Below, piece by piece: positions 11,835-25,104 of a stretch of 64,000 nt of DNA. Both the position numbers and the translations under genes were made by a program. Location of the stretch: positions 28,954,001 through 29,018,000 of the forward strand of contig NC_134476.1 of the NCBI RefSeq assembly GCF_964194025.1, given 5' to 3'. The stretch comes from Convolutriloba macropyga. Taxonomy: Eukaryota. The notes under the pieces are model-generated. The model ran no database searches, was not told where the DNA came from, and saw only the letters and a program-made list of their open reading frames with translations. Numbering within the stretch: position 1 is the first letter of the stretch; each line of letters starts with the position of its first letter.

Positions 11835-14800
11835 GTCGTCAACACAATTTCGATATGACATTAGCTTCAGATTGAAGTGCAGCTTGCGCCTTCTTGGTTC
11901 TAACAGATCATCGCCAACATGAACCGAGAAGTCAACACAGGCAGTTCAGGATAACAACATTGAAGTTAAAGCTCTACTTCAACCACCACCAATACCTCAC
12001 TGGACAAAACCTTCCCCCTTTTTGCCAACAAACAGAAATGCACAACCGCTGTTGTCAAAATTTTTGAAAACTAGTCAAACTTTCCCAGCAAAAAAGGTCA
12101 AATCGAAACAGCAACTGGATATATTCACAAATCCGTTTGTCTTTGACACCATTCAAACTGATGGACTGAACCCCAAGGCAGCAGGAGACGTCACATTACT
12201 TCCTACAACACAACCAATAGACGTTACTTTTGAATATGATGTAACTTTCAACACAATAGTTAATGTTTGGCCGAAAAATTCAACCGTCAACAGCCACAAG
12301 CACAACTGTTGACGCCAAATTACATAAAACAAACGTTCAAAATACAAAGCAAAAACCTGAAAAAACTTCAGGACATAGTAAAAACGACATTGAACCTGAC
12401 ATAAATCGTCAACAAAAAATACCTGCTGAGGATACGTATCTGCAGACTTATCAACTTGCTAATGAAATTAGATTTTACAAGAAAATCTAGAAAAAATATG
12501 CTGTACCTAACGACTTTGATAACATACCATTTTTTGCAACTATCTCACCTTGTGCCATCCAATGCCATATGAACAAACCCGGGAGCCCTTTTTAGTAATT
12601 CCAGCTGAAGAAACTCATCAGCTACTTTTCAAAAACCGTGAAACACAGATCAGGTGTGAAAGTTCGACTGCACAGAACCAATCGGAAGTGCATGTTCTTT
12701 CCACTACAAGAGATAACATAAGCAGCAAAGAGACAGCGCCAGCAGTTGTTACACCAAAAATAGAGAATCAGGAACCACAAGTAGACTCTGGAGAACTTGA
12801 CATCAATGTACAAAGACTCAAAGAGCAAGTATGTCAAAATCAAACACAAAATGTACAGCAAGCCGCAATGAGTACAGAAAAAATAGACAATTATCAGTTT
12901 ACTTCTTCACTATGACAGAAACTACAATTGTTTCAAAAGTGGGAAACAAGTACCCGAGAGTACCGGTGGCCAATTCTCAATTGAATGTTCAAACAAACCT
13001 TGGCACTTTTCAAAACGCATTGACGTCTAACGAAAAGAGGGATAACATATCTGCTGCAAATGGACAGCAATTGAACCATCCTTTTAACACCATCAACTCG
13101 GTCGCAACGAAGAATATTGCGCACATTACAGACAATCAGACAGCTGGTATTTCACAAGCGTGGCAGAAATTATACCAGCAACAGCTTCTTGGCAACCACT
13201 TGGTTCACATTGAGATTGAGAACAACATCGAACCGATTAATTTTGGTACAACCCTACAGGACGAGAACAATTAATGATTGTAATTCGACATCGACAAAGC
13301 AGTTTGTAGGAGTAACAAATTCCGACAAAAAGTAGAAACCTGATCAATTACAATTGAACAACGGACCCACGGCCACAACGATTTATAACAACAGAAATAA
13401 CTACAAAAATGATATATTTCAATTGCCTGGTCCAACATTTTCAAAGTTTAATGATAACAGCAATCCAAATCCTTCTAATTTTGCTCAGTTACAAGAATTT
13501 TTGCTACTACCAGTTCCATAAAACTTATGCAAAAACTACATTACCGACAACAAGGTAAGTAACAAGCAAGCCACCAAACTACCACAACTGTCACTGCCGC
13601 ACTTCAGTGGCAACCCTGTAAGATACCATGAATGGATTAACATTGTTTTTTCTGTGGTTCATATCAATGCTGGTATAACTGACACACTCGATCACGTGTC
13701 TCCAAAACTCAGACTATGGGAAAGCAAAACAAACCCTCGAGTCCTACTCCTGTAACCCAGCGTTTTATGAAACAGCTCTAAATGAACTGATGATCCATTT
13801 ATAAGACCCAAGTGTTGTAATAAGCGCCATCATTGACTCGAGTCATGGCACGCCAGTGATTCAAATAATAAAAAATGTTTTGTCGCATTGTCAAATTTTC
13901 TAAAGCACTTAGTTCACACATTTGATTACCTTGGCTTTCAGACAGATCATCAGAGCTCCACACTGCTCAAAAATCAAAAGATAAAATGCCATACGATATT
14001 TTGTTGAACTGAGTTGAAAATTGGCTCACAACAACAGCTAAAGCAGCGTCACTTCGTTAATTTCAACATTTTTTAGAACTTCATGCTCAAATTTATAATA
14101 CCTTAAACTGCGACCAAACCTTTACGTCATTCAGACAACAACAAAACAACATAAGCAACGTCAAAGAATTTATTGTTCCGATGGCTCACTTTAAACCAGT
14201 ATTACAAAAATATAACCATAAACTCTTGCAGTTAACAACCTAACGTTGTTTGCAACCTACAAGTAAATCACAAATAACCACTGCTAATAGGAAATGGCCA
14301 TCCTCAGTACCAATCTGAAACAACGCGAAAAATAAAGGAGAGCATCAAAAAAATCGACATTGCTCGCAATTCAATAATAATCATTTTTGGCAACTTGTCC
14401 CGACTACCAAAAGCGATCACTACAAGATCGATATAAAATCGTTATCAAGAACAAATTGTGCACGGATTGATTGAGCAATAATCATCTCCGACAAAATTGT
14501 TCATCAAAAAAGAACTGCCAAGCCGGCAACGGCCGAGATCATTCTACTCAACACGACCCATCAAAACAAGTTATGCAACCGCCAGTAGCGCTCTCAAAAA
14601 GATCTGCTCTGTTCAGTCCTACACAGCATTCATCAAATAAAGTGTCACAAAAAGCCAAAACAAACAACAACACTGTCGCTACGGACAATCTTTTGGTAAA
14701 ACGAAAGAGCCAAATACTCAAAAGATTAACCTTGATCCTCCTTCTTACAACCAAAGCTTCTATGTAAATCAAAAAGCGTCTCCTCCAAAAAATTGGTTTG

Positions 14801-17800
14801 AACAGCTAGAGCTCATGCTATTGTCTTTTGTCAATAGCAACAAAGTATTATACGTTTTTATACGTATGAACTCATAGATCATGGCAGCCAGTTCACATGC
14901 TTGCTTGTCACCATAACAAACATTCTAGCACTTCCTTGCTTCCATCGGCTACTCTCCAGTACATAAACACCCAGAACAAAACGCCACTCTCAAAGATAAC
15001 CAGACCAGTCAATATCACCCCAAATAAGTCATTGAGACAGAGCTTCGAGATATCTTGTGCCATCTGCACGCCAGCAATGCACGTCACACCAGCCAACATA
15101 TTTGAGCTGAATCAAATATGTGACTCATTCAATAATCTCCAGCACATCCAATTCCCTCAGGTTGATGGTGGCAAAACTGGAGCCTTCTTAGGTGTAAACA
15201 CTTTCGTTTACACTAATCTAATCAAAGTAATACCCGGAAATATAATTCAACCGTTTGGTGTGAGATAAACCTTGGATGGACCTTAGCTGAGGATTATGAA
15301 ATTTCTCTCAATCATTCAGAATCTACATTTAATCATCGTTCAACAACAGCCAAACCATTTGTTAACATGTTTCAAGACCGTAGACGGAAAAACCACATTT
15401 TAGCAAACTAGTTGAGCAATTCTGGAAAATTGAAAGCGAAGGATCTCAGGAAGAGAGATCAGTTCTTTCAGATGAAGACAATGATGCCCTAATAGTTTTT
15501 CGAAAAAAAAAACACATAATTCTGAAAAGTATGAATTTGGTTTTCCCTGGAAAACGCCTTGCCTTTTGGAGATCAATTTTCACTGTGCTCTTAATCAGCT
15601 CCAGTGCTTAGAGAAAAGATTAGGTAATGATCCCACGCTGAAAAAAAATACGATCAAACGCTTCAACAGACTTAAGCAAAAGTTACATAAAACCGTTCAT
15701 GACATAACCTGAACCTAAATAATAGGGTACCTGCAACATCATCCGGTTAAAAATCCGAACAATCTGGGAAAAATTCGACGGTTGGAAAATGCTGCATCAA
15801 GGTATTGATGAAAGTCATGGAACTGCAACTTCTGGACCAGATCTCTTGAACAGCTTACTTGGTATCTTGTTATGTTTTCGTGAATATCCAGTTGCAATAC
15901 TTGCAAAGGTTGAAATTATGTTCATGCAAATTGCTGTCAAACAAGAAGTATAATCAGCACTTCGCTTTCTCTGGCCGAAAAACAGTTTTATAAAGCAATA
16001 TCAGTTCACTCGCTTGATTTCTGGGGCAATTTGGTTGCCCCAAATGGCCATCTTTGTCCTAAATCAATGTGCTAAAGACAATGCAGCAAATTTTTCCAAA
16101 ACTTTTCCAGCAATAACGAAACCACTTTACATGGACGTCTACGTTCATTAGCTGCCCACTATCACTGAAGCGAAAGACACTGTAATGCAAGTCAAAGAAT
16201 GCCTCCATTGAGGAGGTTTCAAATTGACCAAGTTCTTATCAAGTTGTCCTGAAGCGCTGGAACGAATTTCATTTGAAGACTTAGACAAGTCAAAAAATTT
16301 CACGCGCATATTATGACAGAAATAGAGTTTCGTCTTTTTGCGTCGATTTTCGACCCAATCGGGATTGCATCGCCAGTGACTACACGCTTCCAGATTCTTT
16401 TGCCACAAATTCGGCAACTCGGTTCTAAATTTGACATACCGCTACCTGAGAAATTACATAAACTGCGGTAGAAAATACTAAACAGCTCTTTCGGATCACC
16501 CTCAATTGAACATTCGCGAGCACTCAATTATCTTGCGAGTTCACATGAAATTAAACGTCAATTGGTTGTCTTTGTGGATGCATTGACTTGCGCTATGGCA
16601 TCAGTAACTTATCTCCGGAGTTATGAGGTTAACACCAAGAAAACAAAAACCAATTTCATAATCAGTAAATGTAAAGTAACTCCAATAAAAGCGTTAAACG
16701 TTCCAAAACTTGCACTTGAGGCCGTAATAATCGGGATTCAATTACTCAAAACAGTTCCAAAAGAGACAACTCCCAAATTTCAAGAGACAAATATTTGGAG
16801 AGACAGTCGTGTTGTTTTTGATTGGATTGCTTCTAAGAAGAAACAGAAACTGTTTGTCGCCAACCAGCTCAGATAAATACACGCATCTTGGAAATCCAGT
16901 CAATGGCTTTATATACCAACAAATCAATATCCTGCATACCATAGAATACATGGCTTAGAACCAGAAGAATTAGGTTCTAAATGGTTACAGGCTCATGATT
17001 TCCTAAAGAACCATTACACCGACTGGAACTCAGCTCGCAAAAAAATAGTTACTGCTTCACACAACTTGTACATCAAAATCAAATGAACCAGTCATTGATC
17101 CAACACAGTTTCGATGTTGGACAAAACTGCTGTTAACACTCACAGCTATTTACAACCTTCTCTACAGAATTTAAAAAGAACAAAATAACAAAACACAATA
17201 CACTGCAGATGGCGTCAGTCAAGCACAACGTCACTTAATGCGGGTTTCACAGTAAAACATCTTCCATTCAACTATTCAGTCGCTAAGAAGAGGACTTAAA
17301 TTAGACTCCAAGTGCAAGAAACGATCCTGAAAACCGTACTTAGAGAAGATAGAAAACTGAGATCACAAGGCCGACTTCATTTTGCTCCTGAAGAAATACA
17401 ATTAGCTAAATTACCAATAATTTTTCGTGCCAAAGACTCAAAAACATGCCTGTATCTTGAGCATGTGCATTGAATTTGTATACACCATCAAAACGTTTGT
17501 TCAACAATGATACGTTGTCATCGGTCTGAGGAAAATTTTGTTTAGCATCCCATTTCGTTGTTTTTATTTGGATGCTCAAAATATCCAGCCATTAATGACT
17601 CCACTGCCACTGTGCAGGTTTCCTGATACTCAATCATAGTTCCCAATCGCTAATACAGGAATTGATTTTTTCGGACCCTTCTGTATCCAAGACACCAAAG
17701 ACAACCTCACCAAGTACTACGGCTGCCTTTTCACATGCATGGTCCAACGTGCTGCACATCTAGAGTCATGCCCTGATTTAAACACTGACTCTTTTCTCAT

Positions 17801-18540
17801 TGTCCTCCGACATTTCAAATCACTAATAATTCAACCAAAACTTATCATGAGTGACAACGGCAAAGCCTTTGTTGGAGCAAACGAACAAGTAAAGCTATCC
17901 GTCCTTAGTCTCGACAATCAACGCATTGCCTCTGATTTTCTTATAAAGAACACAATTTGGAAATTTAACCCGCCATACGGACCGCTTTTTGGTGGTGCAT
18001 GGGAACGGTTGATCAAAAAAGCTAAACGGATCTTTTTGATTGTTCTAGTGAGCAAGAGGCTTACATCAGATGTTTTCCACGCCATCATGGTTGAAATCCA
18101 AAGCCTGCTAAACTCTCGACCACTTACACATGTGCCTGACGTACCAAACAATGAAGAACTCATCACCCCAAAGCATTTCCTGGTGCGGAGACCATACAAT
18201 TCACTGCTGCCGGGACAGTTTTCATTAGCTATGCCAGCATCTTCCAGGTCGTGGAAAAACGTACAGCAGCTTATGAATCACGTCTGGGGATGCCTAGTTA
18301 AAGAGTACTTTCCCACTTTGACGAAGCGAAGCAAATGGTCCGAACCGAGTGATTCATTGGACGTCAATGACCTGGTGTGAATCCTCAAAAACCTCACTCT
18401 GCGTGGGATATGGCCTCTGGAACGAATTGTGGAAACGTTGCCTGGAAAAAATGGATCTGTACCCGTTTTCAAGGTAAAAACGGCTCACGGTACGTACGTC
18501 CTTCTCTTTACCGGTATAGCGCGTGTTTTCGCTGATTAAC
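11835..18540 (+). mobile_element. Decayed BEL/Pao LTR retrotransposon, internal gag-pol region; LTRs not found; 5' boundary approximate
   Basis: Fragments: gag KLPQLSLPHFSGNP (~13575), Cys/His knuckles (~14350-14560), RT HHPV..PN..GKIR, GPDLLNSLLGILL.FRE, FYMD(V), Pao RNase H region VFVDA/VPKLALEA, integrase GIDFFGPF, SDNGKAFVGA, PPYGPLFGGAWER, LLNSRPL. Many stops and frameshifts. Confidence 0.9.
17739..18380 (+). pseudogene. BEL/Pao integrase fragment
   Basis: SDNGKAFVGA, WKFNPPYGPLFGGAWERLI, NSRPLT, W...EY.PTL.KR.KW. Confidence 0.9.
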
Positions 18541-18686
18541 CGTTTTTGCTCACTTTTTCTCAGAAACGAAATTGAAGCAAACGCGAGCTACCATATGGTA
18601 CATCATTCGTCCCAGCTATTGGTTACGTCATTCGCCCTTTTTTGGTTTAGTTTATGGGTTTCCTCTCCCAGCAGCCTGTTGATGAT

Positions 18687-18903
18687 ACATCAATTCAAGA
18701 TGGCCAAAACCAATATTACAAAGTTGAAACTCTGCCCACCAAAAAGTGGCATTTTGAATTTGTCCAAATAACACGTGTTAAACAGCAACTCTCCAATAAA
18801 AGAGACTGAACATGACTTTATATTACTGAATTTACATTACAAGAAATGTGTTCTCTACACATAGAGTACAGAGCCCGTTACTTTACAAATTTTTACTCCA
18901 CTC
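18687..18903 (+). repeat. Second, permuted copy of the 9164-9400 unit
   Basis: Same blocks in B-A order instead of A-B. Confidence 0.8.
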
Positions 18904-21044
18904 AATTTCCAAAATGGGCGTTTTTAAATCCGATAACTATCAAGCATTAGCATTCGAACAAACAAACTCTGATAAAATAATGGACAATGAAATGGTGACC
19001 GCTGTTCTTGCCGACTCTGAGGTACTGACGTTCCTTCACTTTGATCTCGCGACCACCAACCACTACAATAGGTAAAATTTGCTCAACAAGTTTTGAACTC
19101 CAGTCATTTTAAAGGGTGAGCTAAGTCCGTCAGTGCCTTTTCTTGAAAAAAGCAATTTATGTAAATAAAAAACTTGGAGCAAAAGTTGAAGAAAATTCTA
19201 AATACCGATGAAAACCTCTGGAATTGATTCGAAACAAAACTTGACACAACAATCATCTGAGTGACTTTTCAAAATCAAATAAATTTTTTAATTCGTTAAA
19301 CTGGTCAATATTATCGAGAAAGCCGAAAAAACTAATATGATGAAAAACCAACAACTTTTTTCAGTTAATTTTGTCGCAAGCTGCCATCCAAGACAGTCAT
19401 TCAGAGTTTTCAGTGAGATAAAAAGTAGTAGATAACGACCACAAAATGACAAAAAATAAGAAACAAATGAAACTGATCAATGATTAATGATAACAATATT
19501 CAAAGCACATCTTCCCAAGTTATGAGGTCAGAAAAAATAGTAATCAGGGACCCTATGAAACAGATGGCGCTCTAAGCAACTAAAAAGCAACAAATCTAAA
19601 ATGCAAGAAATATTTCATTATCTCATCAAAGTGAAGCTCATTATAAAGTCAACAATATCCTCATAAGAGTAGAACAAACGATATTAGTTTAGAGAAAGCT
19701 GTCTACTGAGGCATTATATCTCAAAACATATAACTAGAAAAATGGGCAAAAACATAAAAAGTAGACAATAAGTAGGCAAAATAATGATATAATTCAAACT
19801 TTGTAAAATAAAATCTCAGAGCTGTAATTATCTTGTTTCTAACAACTTAAATTTCGCCAAGGGGGTTACGAAAATTTCTGTAGGTACAAGAAATATAACA
19901 GGAAAACTCTTCAACTGCATAAAAGTAAAATTCTTCTCTCCCTCTCTCTGAGTAAAACACGGATAATATAACCTTTTTCTTTTATTTTTGGTAAACGCTG
20001 AAATCATTCGAGTTGTACAAGCGACAACGCCTAAAAAGGAACCATTTGAGTAGCTGATGACGGCTTTTGAAAACGGCTATATGATAGGCTAGAACATTTT
20101 CTGTGCGAAGCGCTACAATAAAGTTGTTGAAAGTCTACTCGAGCAGGCAGTCGTTTACCGGAAAAATTTTTTGTCTAACTGAGACAAATACTAATCAGGC
20201 ATAATTTAAACCAAATGGATAAACAGAATATTACAAATAGTAAATGGTCTTAACCTCATCCAAATTTCAATTAACAAAACTCAATTTATGCAACCAGTTT
20301 CAAACTCTTTTGTTCCATTACCATAAATATTCTTATTTTTACTTTTTTCATTTGGCATTTATCTTACAGACCGTTTTGGGGGATGCTCTGAGGGCACGCA
20401 GTGCAAAAACCCACGCAATTACTTGCAAGATCTTGGAAAGATCCGCGACAGGACTTGGCAGATTTTGTCTAGATCTAGCCAAGGATGTTGACGACTTGCG
20501 CGAACTTTTAATCAGTTTGCGCCGGTTTCCAAGATCTTGAGAGGCTTGTTGTGGGAGTCAAAACTTGTGAATAGGACCAATAGGAGGCTTTTAATTGTTC
20601 CGACCCCATCATATGGGGGGGAGGAACTATATACTCAAATGGGTTTTTTTTTGTTCAGTGAATTTTCGCCGATCGATATATTCATCGTAGAAACTTATGA
20701 GTGGTATCATTAAAAAGCCCGTCCAGCGTAGATTATAGAATTAAAAAGATTTTTTCGAAATTCATTTTTTACAGGGAGTTATCGAGCTCCAAAATTTTGT
20801 GATCATTCTGGCGTTTTTGTTCACTTTTACAGTTTTTTTTCACTTTTCCGATAAAAGCATGTGTCATATCATTGAAAAGCCCTTTGAAATAGATTATATA
20901 AGTTTTTTTTGAAAAATCCCTGATCAGGTAATATATTTTTTTAGTTATCATATTGACATTTTCGTGGTGTCAAAGTGACCACTTAAGAAAGAATTTTTTT
21001 AATTTGTCTGAAAGCTTTTATTGTTAATATTCCAATTGGGAAGG

Positions 21045-21280
21045 ACTTTTGAGTCGAGCGTTTTGAGTCTAGCCTACTTCAGTCGAGTGTTTCTGAGTCG
21101 AGCATTTGTGTGTTTCTACCGTTTTTAATTCAAGCATTTTTGAGTCGAGCTTTTTTGAGTCCAACCTTTTTTCTTTGAGTGTTTTTGAGTCGAGAAGTTG
21201 CAAGTCGAGCGTTTTTGAGTTTAGCATTTTTGAGGCAATCATTTGCGAGTCGAGCCGTTTGGAATCCAGCGTCTTTCAGC
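21045..21280 (+). repeat. ~20-bp minisatellite, core TTTTGAGTCGAGC, ~11-12 degenerate copies
   Basis: Core recurs at ~20-bp period. Confidence 0.85.
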
Positions 21281-21729
21281 TAAATTTGTCCAATTTTGGA
21301 GAACAGTTCTAAAGGAAACTTTTTGAATCTATTCTGTTTGGCATTCGCACAACTCAACGCTTATATGCCTTGCCGTTTTAGATTTTCGGTTTTTGGATAG
21401 CAAATTACCGTGTAAAAATATTCACTGCGCCTAGGGTAGAATGATACCAATTTCGTAAAACCTTCGAAACAGAATAGATTCAAAAATTTCTAATTTCTGT
21501 CTGGAAAAGGCAAAAACAAAATTTTTGGTTTTTGCCAGTTAAGGTTATTAAAAAATTATTAAAAGGCTTTAGAAAGTTAAATTTAAAAAAGTTATGTCAC
21601 CCTGATTTGGGGTTTTTGAACAATAAAGTTCGAAAACACCAAATCAGATTGACAAAACCTTTCTAAATTTAAATTTCAAGAACTAGCAGATTTGGATCTA
21701 GTCTATCCCCCACCAAAGTGGGTATCTAT

Positions 21730-22379
21730 TTTTACGCCGCCCCACGCCTACGTGCTGTTGTTTTACACAGTGATACGCTGCATCAGGACTCTTGAATTGT
21801 AAATGGTAGTAATGAAAAAAGATAGGGGGCGGCGGAGCAGAACAGATCCCATAATTTTTTCCCCTTGTCTAAAAAACAGGGGTCTTCCAATTATAGGACC
21901 CCCCCCCCACCTCAACTTAGTGGTCAGATAACCTATAGCCCCCCCAGTCATAGTAATTATACAATAATGGGGGCTAAAATTTCATGGGGGATATAATGGG
22001 AAAGACCGAAATATAGATCTGCACAACTTTAGTTCATATGTAGTTGAAACCTATTCAATAAATGGTCTTTCACATTATAACCCCCTGCAATTATAGCTCC
22101 CCATTATGGTATATTTACCATGACTGGAGGTTATAAGTTATATAACCACTAAACTGGGGGGGGTTATAATGGGTAAGACCCCATTATTGAGCCTGTTTCA
22201 ACTAAAAATTTATAAAAAAATGTGTCGGTCTATCTTTTAGATATGGGGGGAGAATTATGGGATCTATTTCCCCCGCCCTCCGTACCTTGTTTCTTATTAC
22301 TACGTTTTACAATTCATGTGTTGTGATGCAGAGTATTACTGTGCAAAACATTAGCATGTAGGCGTGGGGTGGCGTAAAA
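21730..22379. mobile_element. Foldback/MITE element, ~650 bp, imperfectly palindromic over most of its length
   Basis: TTTTACGCCGCCCCACGCCTACGTGCT... at the left is the reverse complement of ...AGCATGTAGGCGTGGGGTGGCGTAAAA at the right; arms pair for ~280 bp. Confidence 0.85.
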
Positions 22380-22385
22380 GTTACG

Positions 22386-22503
22386 GGTCGTTCCCATTAT
22401 AGACCCCCCATGAAATTTTAGCCACCATTATGGTATAATTACCATGATGGGGGCTATAGGTTATCTGACAACTAAGCTGGTGGGGGCTATATTGGGAAAG
22501 ACC
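22386..22503. mobile_element. ~120-bp mini-MITE, TIR GGTCTTTCCCATTAT; other copies at 21881-22007, 22064-22180 and a split copy at 33311-33417/34549-34561
   Basis: Self-complementary ends and a shared internal sequence among four copies. Confidence 0.7.
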
Positions 22504-24378
22504 CAAAGTTACATACCCACTTTGCTGGGGGGGATAGATTGGTTCCAAAACTGATGGTTGCAATAATAGCTTTGACCTCATTCTGATGGTGATAATTAAA
22601 ATGGGAGTAAATTGTATTGTGTTTGCAGAAATCAAACGTGCGTTCAAATCATCAAAAAAGTTGTGATTTTTGGCAGAGTTGTTTTGCTGCTGATGATTTC
22701 GCGCCAAGTCAAAAATTGCAGCGACAAAGAATTTTTTGCTCATCTCAATCTATAGAAGTCAACAGAAGTTATATTGTTGGGAAAAAAGTCGGTGTCCCCA
22801 AAGTACTAAATATCATCCCCCAAAAAAAAAACATACATACACAAAAACACACACATACCCAAACACACACACACACACACACACACAATCATGTATGCGT
22901 GGAGGGCGTTCGAAGTGGTTGGGGGGGGGGGTCGGAACATAATGTGCTGTGCACATTATCACGATTCGCCTTGTTTTAATTTTAATTTTAAAACTATTCT
23001 TAACAAATTTTAAACAGTTGATCTGCTGTGCTCACCCAAAAGATAAACACTAAGCAACAGAAACTAGACAAAAGCAAGTATGCAGAATCGACATAGGAAA
23101 TGGCTAAAAGCTTTGAAAGAAGTACAGTTGCCTAGAGAATCAAGTGAAATCCTCATTTCAGTGAAATCCTCGAATCAAGTAAAAGGCTAAAAACAATTTG
23201 TGTCGTATCACTTAAGAACAAGAGCTATTCAGCGCCAAATACCCAATGGTCTTTTTTTAATTGTTTCATTGTGTTAGTTAAGCGTATGGGTCAGTGAATA
23301 CTACAATTCAGTGTGGGAATTGCGCTCAAGCCCAACGAAAATTATTTTGACAGAACTTAAATTTTGTAGCAGTAAGAATGCACAAAATATACTTCACAGT
23401 CATCACACCCTAGTTGATGAGAAATTCAATCGTTTTTGATGAAATCCTGAATCGTTTGCAAATTCTCAAGTTTTTCCTGTGACAAATTATGGCCTCAACT
23501 TTTTAGCATGTATTAGCAATAGGGATAAGAAAACGCCACCTAGAAATTCAAGGCAGATCATGGAGTGAGTAATCTTTGACGAACATTTTCCTCACTAAAT
23601 CTAATGTTCTTTTATCAGATCAGCGTGGGCAGAAACACTGCCCCTCAAACAAAGACCATGATCACGGTGTAATGTGGAAGTTAATTGCTCAATTATTGTC
23701 TGTCGCATGGAAGGCTGCCATGTGTGAGACAAAAAATTGTGCGTCTGCGGATTTTGTGAGAAATATATTTTTTATCATATTGTTTACTTTAATGCGCTTC
23801 ATTTTGAAATATTTCACAGCTTCAAAACACGCTCATGAATGGAATAATGTTTCGCAGCTGTACACATTCATGAATGGAACGAAACAAATTCAATTACAAC
23901 AATTACAACAAATTCATAATTTAACATGTGAAAAAATGGCATGATTTTTCGTTCAATCAAAACTTCATTCTTTTCTTGCATAAGGATTTGAGAAAACAGC
24001 TTGAAAAGAGAGCTTGTTCTGCCATTCTCATGGTAGAACAAGCTCGTTTTTAGAATAATTTGATACCTTGTTCTATCTTTTTTTTACTGAGGTCTCTTTA
24101 AATTAAAAAAAAACTCTATCAGTCTTGGAACCTGTTTCGGTGTTCAATTTTTTTGCACTTATAGTTCTTTATTGAGTCATTTTGGTCAGTTTTGGTTGAG
24201 GCCGTTTCTGAATCACAAATTAGATCTTCCTGATAACCTCTTTTTTGCATTTACTTGTCCTAAGAAGGATAACAAGAAAATTGAGTTAAAAATCAGATCC
24301 CAATGACAAATTAATCAAACATTCCTTTTACATGGCCGAATATTAACAAAACAATATTTCCGATTCTGTCAATGATTG

Positions 24379-24973
24379 TGTCGTACAGATTTACAATCTG
24401 TAGGAATGAGTTGTTTCGTGGTACCAATTAGCTTTCTCTACAGCGGCCAATTTAAGGATGAATTGGCGGAGCGGTTTAATGCTTTTATTTGTTGCTTTAG
24501 AATTAACTATTTGAGTTACAGAATTTAGGTTGAATTGGCGGAGCGAAATCGCGTTCAATTATTTGTAGAGTATTTCGCTCAGCGAAAGATACCAAAATTT
24601 TGATGCGTCTGAATTTAGACTTTGGCGAATCAGATTCTAGTTAAGAGAGAGAGTCAACTATTTTGAATTACGAAATTAAGAAGAATGAAATTAGACAAAA
24701 TTAACAAAACTGCTTAACAATTTGTTCATAAGGTAACATTACTAAATGCGGCATCTTACAATCACGAGACAAGGTGAACAGACAAAAGATCAAGCACAGG
24801 ATGTAAACAAATTTACAAGTATGAAATCATAAGATTCGATCTTAAAAATTAAAACTAAATGAATGAACAAATTAAAGGTAAATGAAATGAACTAAATTAA
24901 GTAAAACAGAAAATGATGCAAATTAGCTAGACCAATTAATAATCTCAAACTAAAAATGTACTATTGTATCACA
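24379..24973 (-). repeat. 3' LTR of the Gypsy element
   Basis: Direct repeat of 30738-31334, preceded on the minus strand by the polypurine tract. Confidence 0.95.
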
Positions 24974-25104
24974 TTTCCCCCTTGGCGAAAATAAATAACA
25001 TGTTATTTATCAGAAAATTAATAGTCATATGTACTTGTTAAAATAATTAATACTGTAATGTTTTAATCAGAGTTTTGAATGCAACAGTTTTACTTAAATA
25101 CACA

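Larger units (their letters stand above)
20589..22975 (+). mobile_element. Non-autonomous Helentron-associated (HINE/DINE-1-like) element with nested repeats
   Basis: T-rich 5' end with sub-terminal IR TGTTCCGACCCC (20596-20607); its reverse complement GGGGTCGGAACA (22928-22939); hairpin ATAATGTGC-TGT-GCACATTAT (22939-22959); CTTGTT end; (AC)n microsatellite near the 3' end. Confidence 0.65.
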
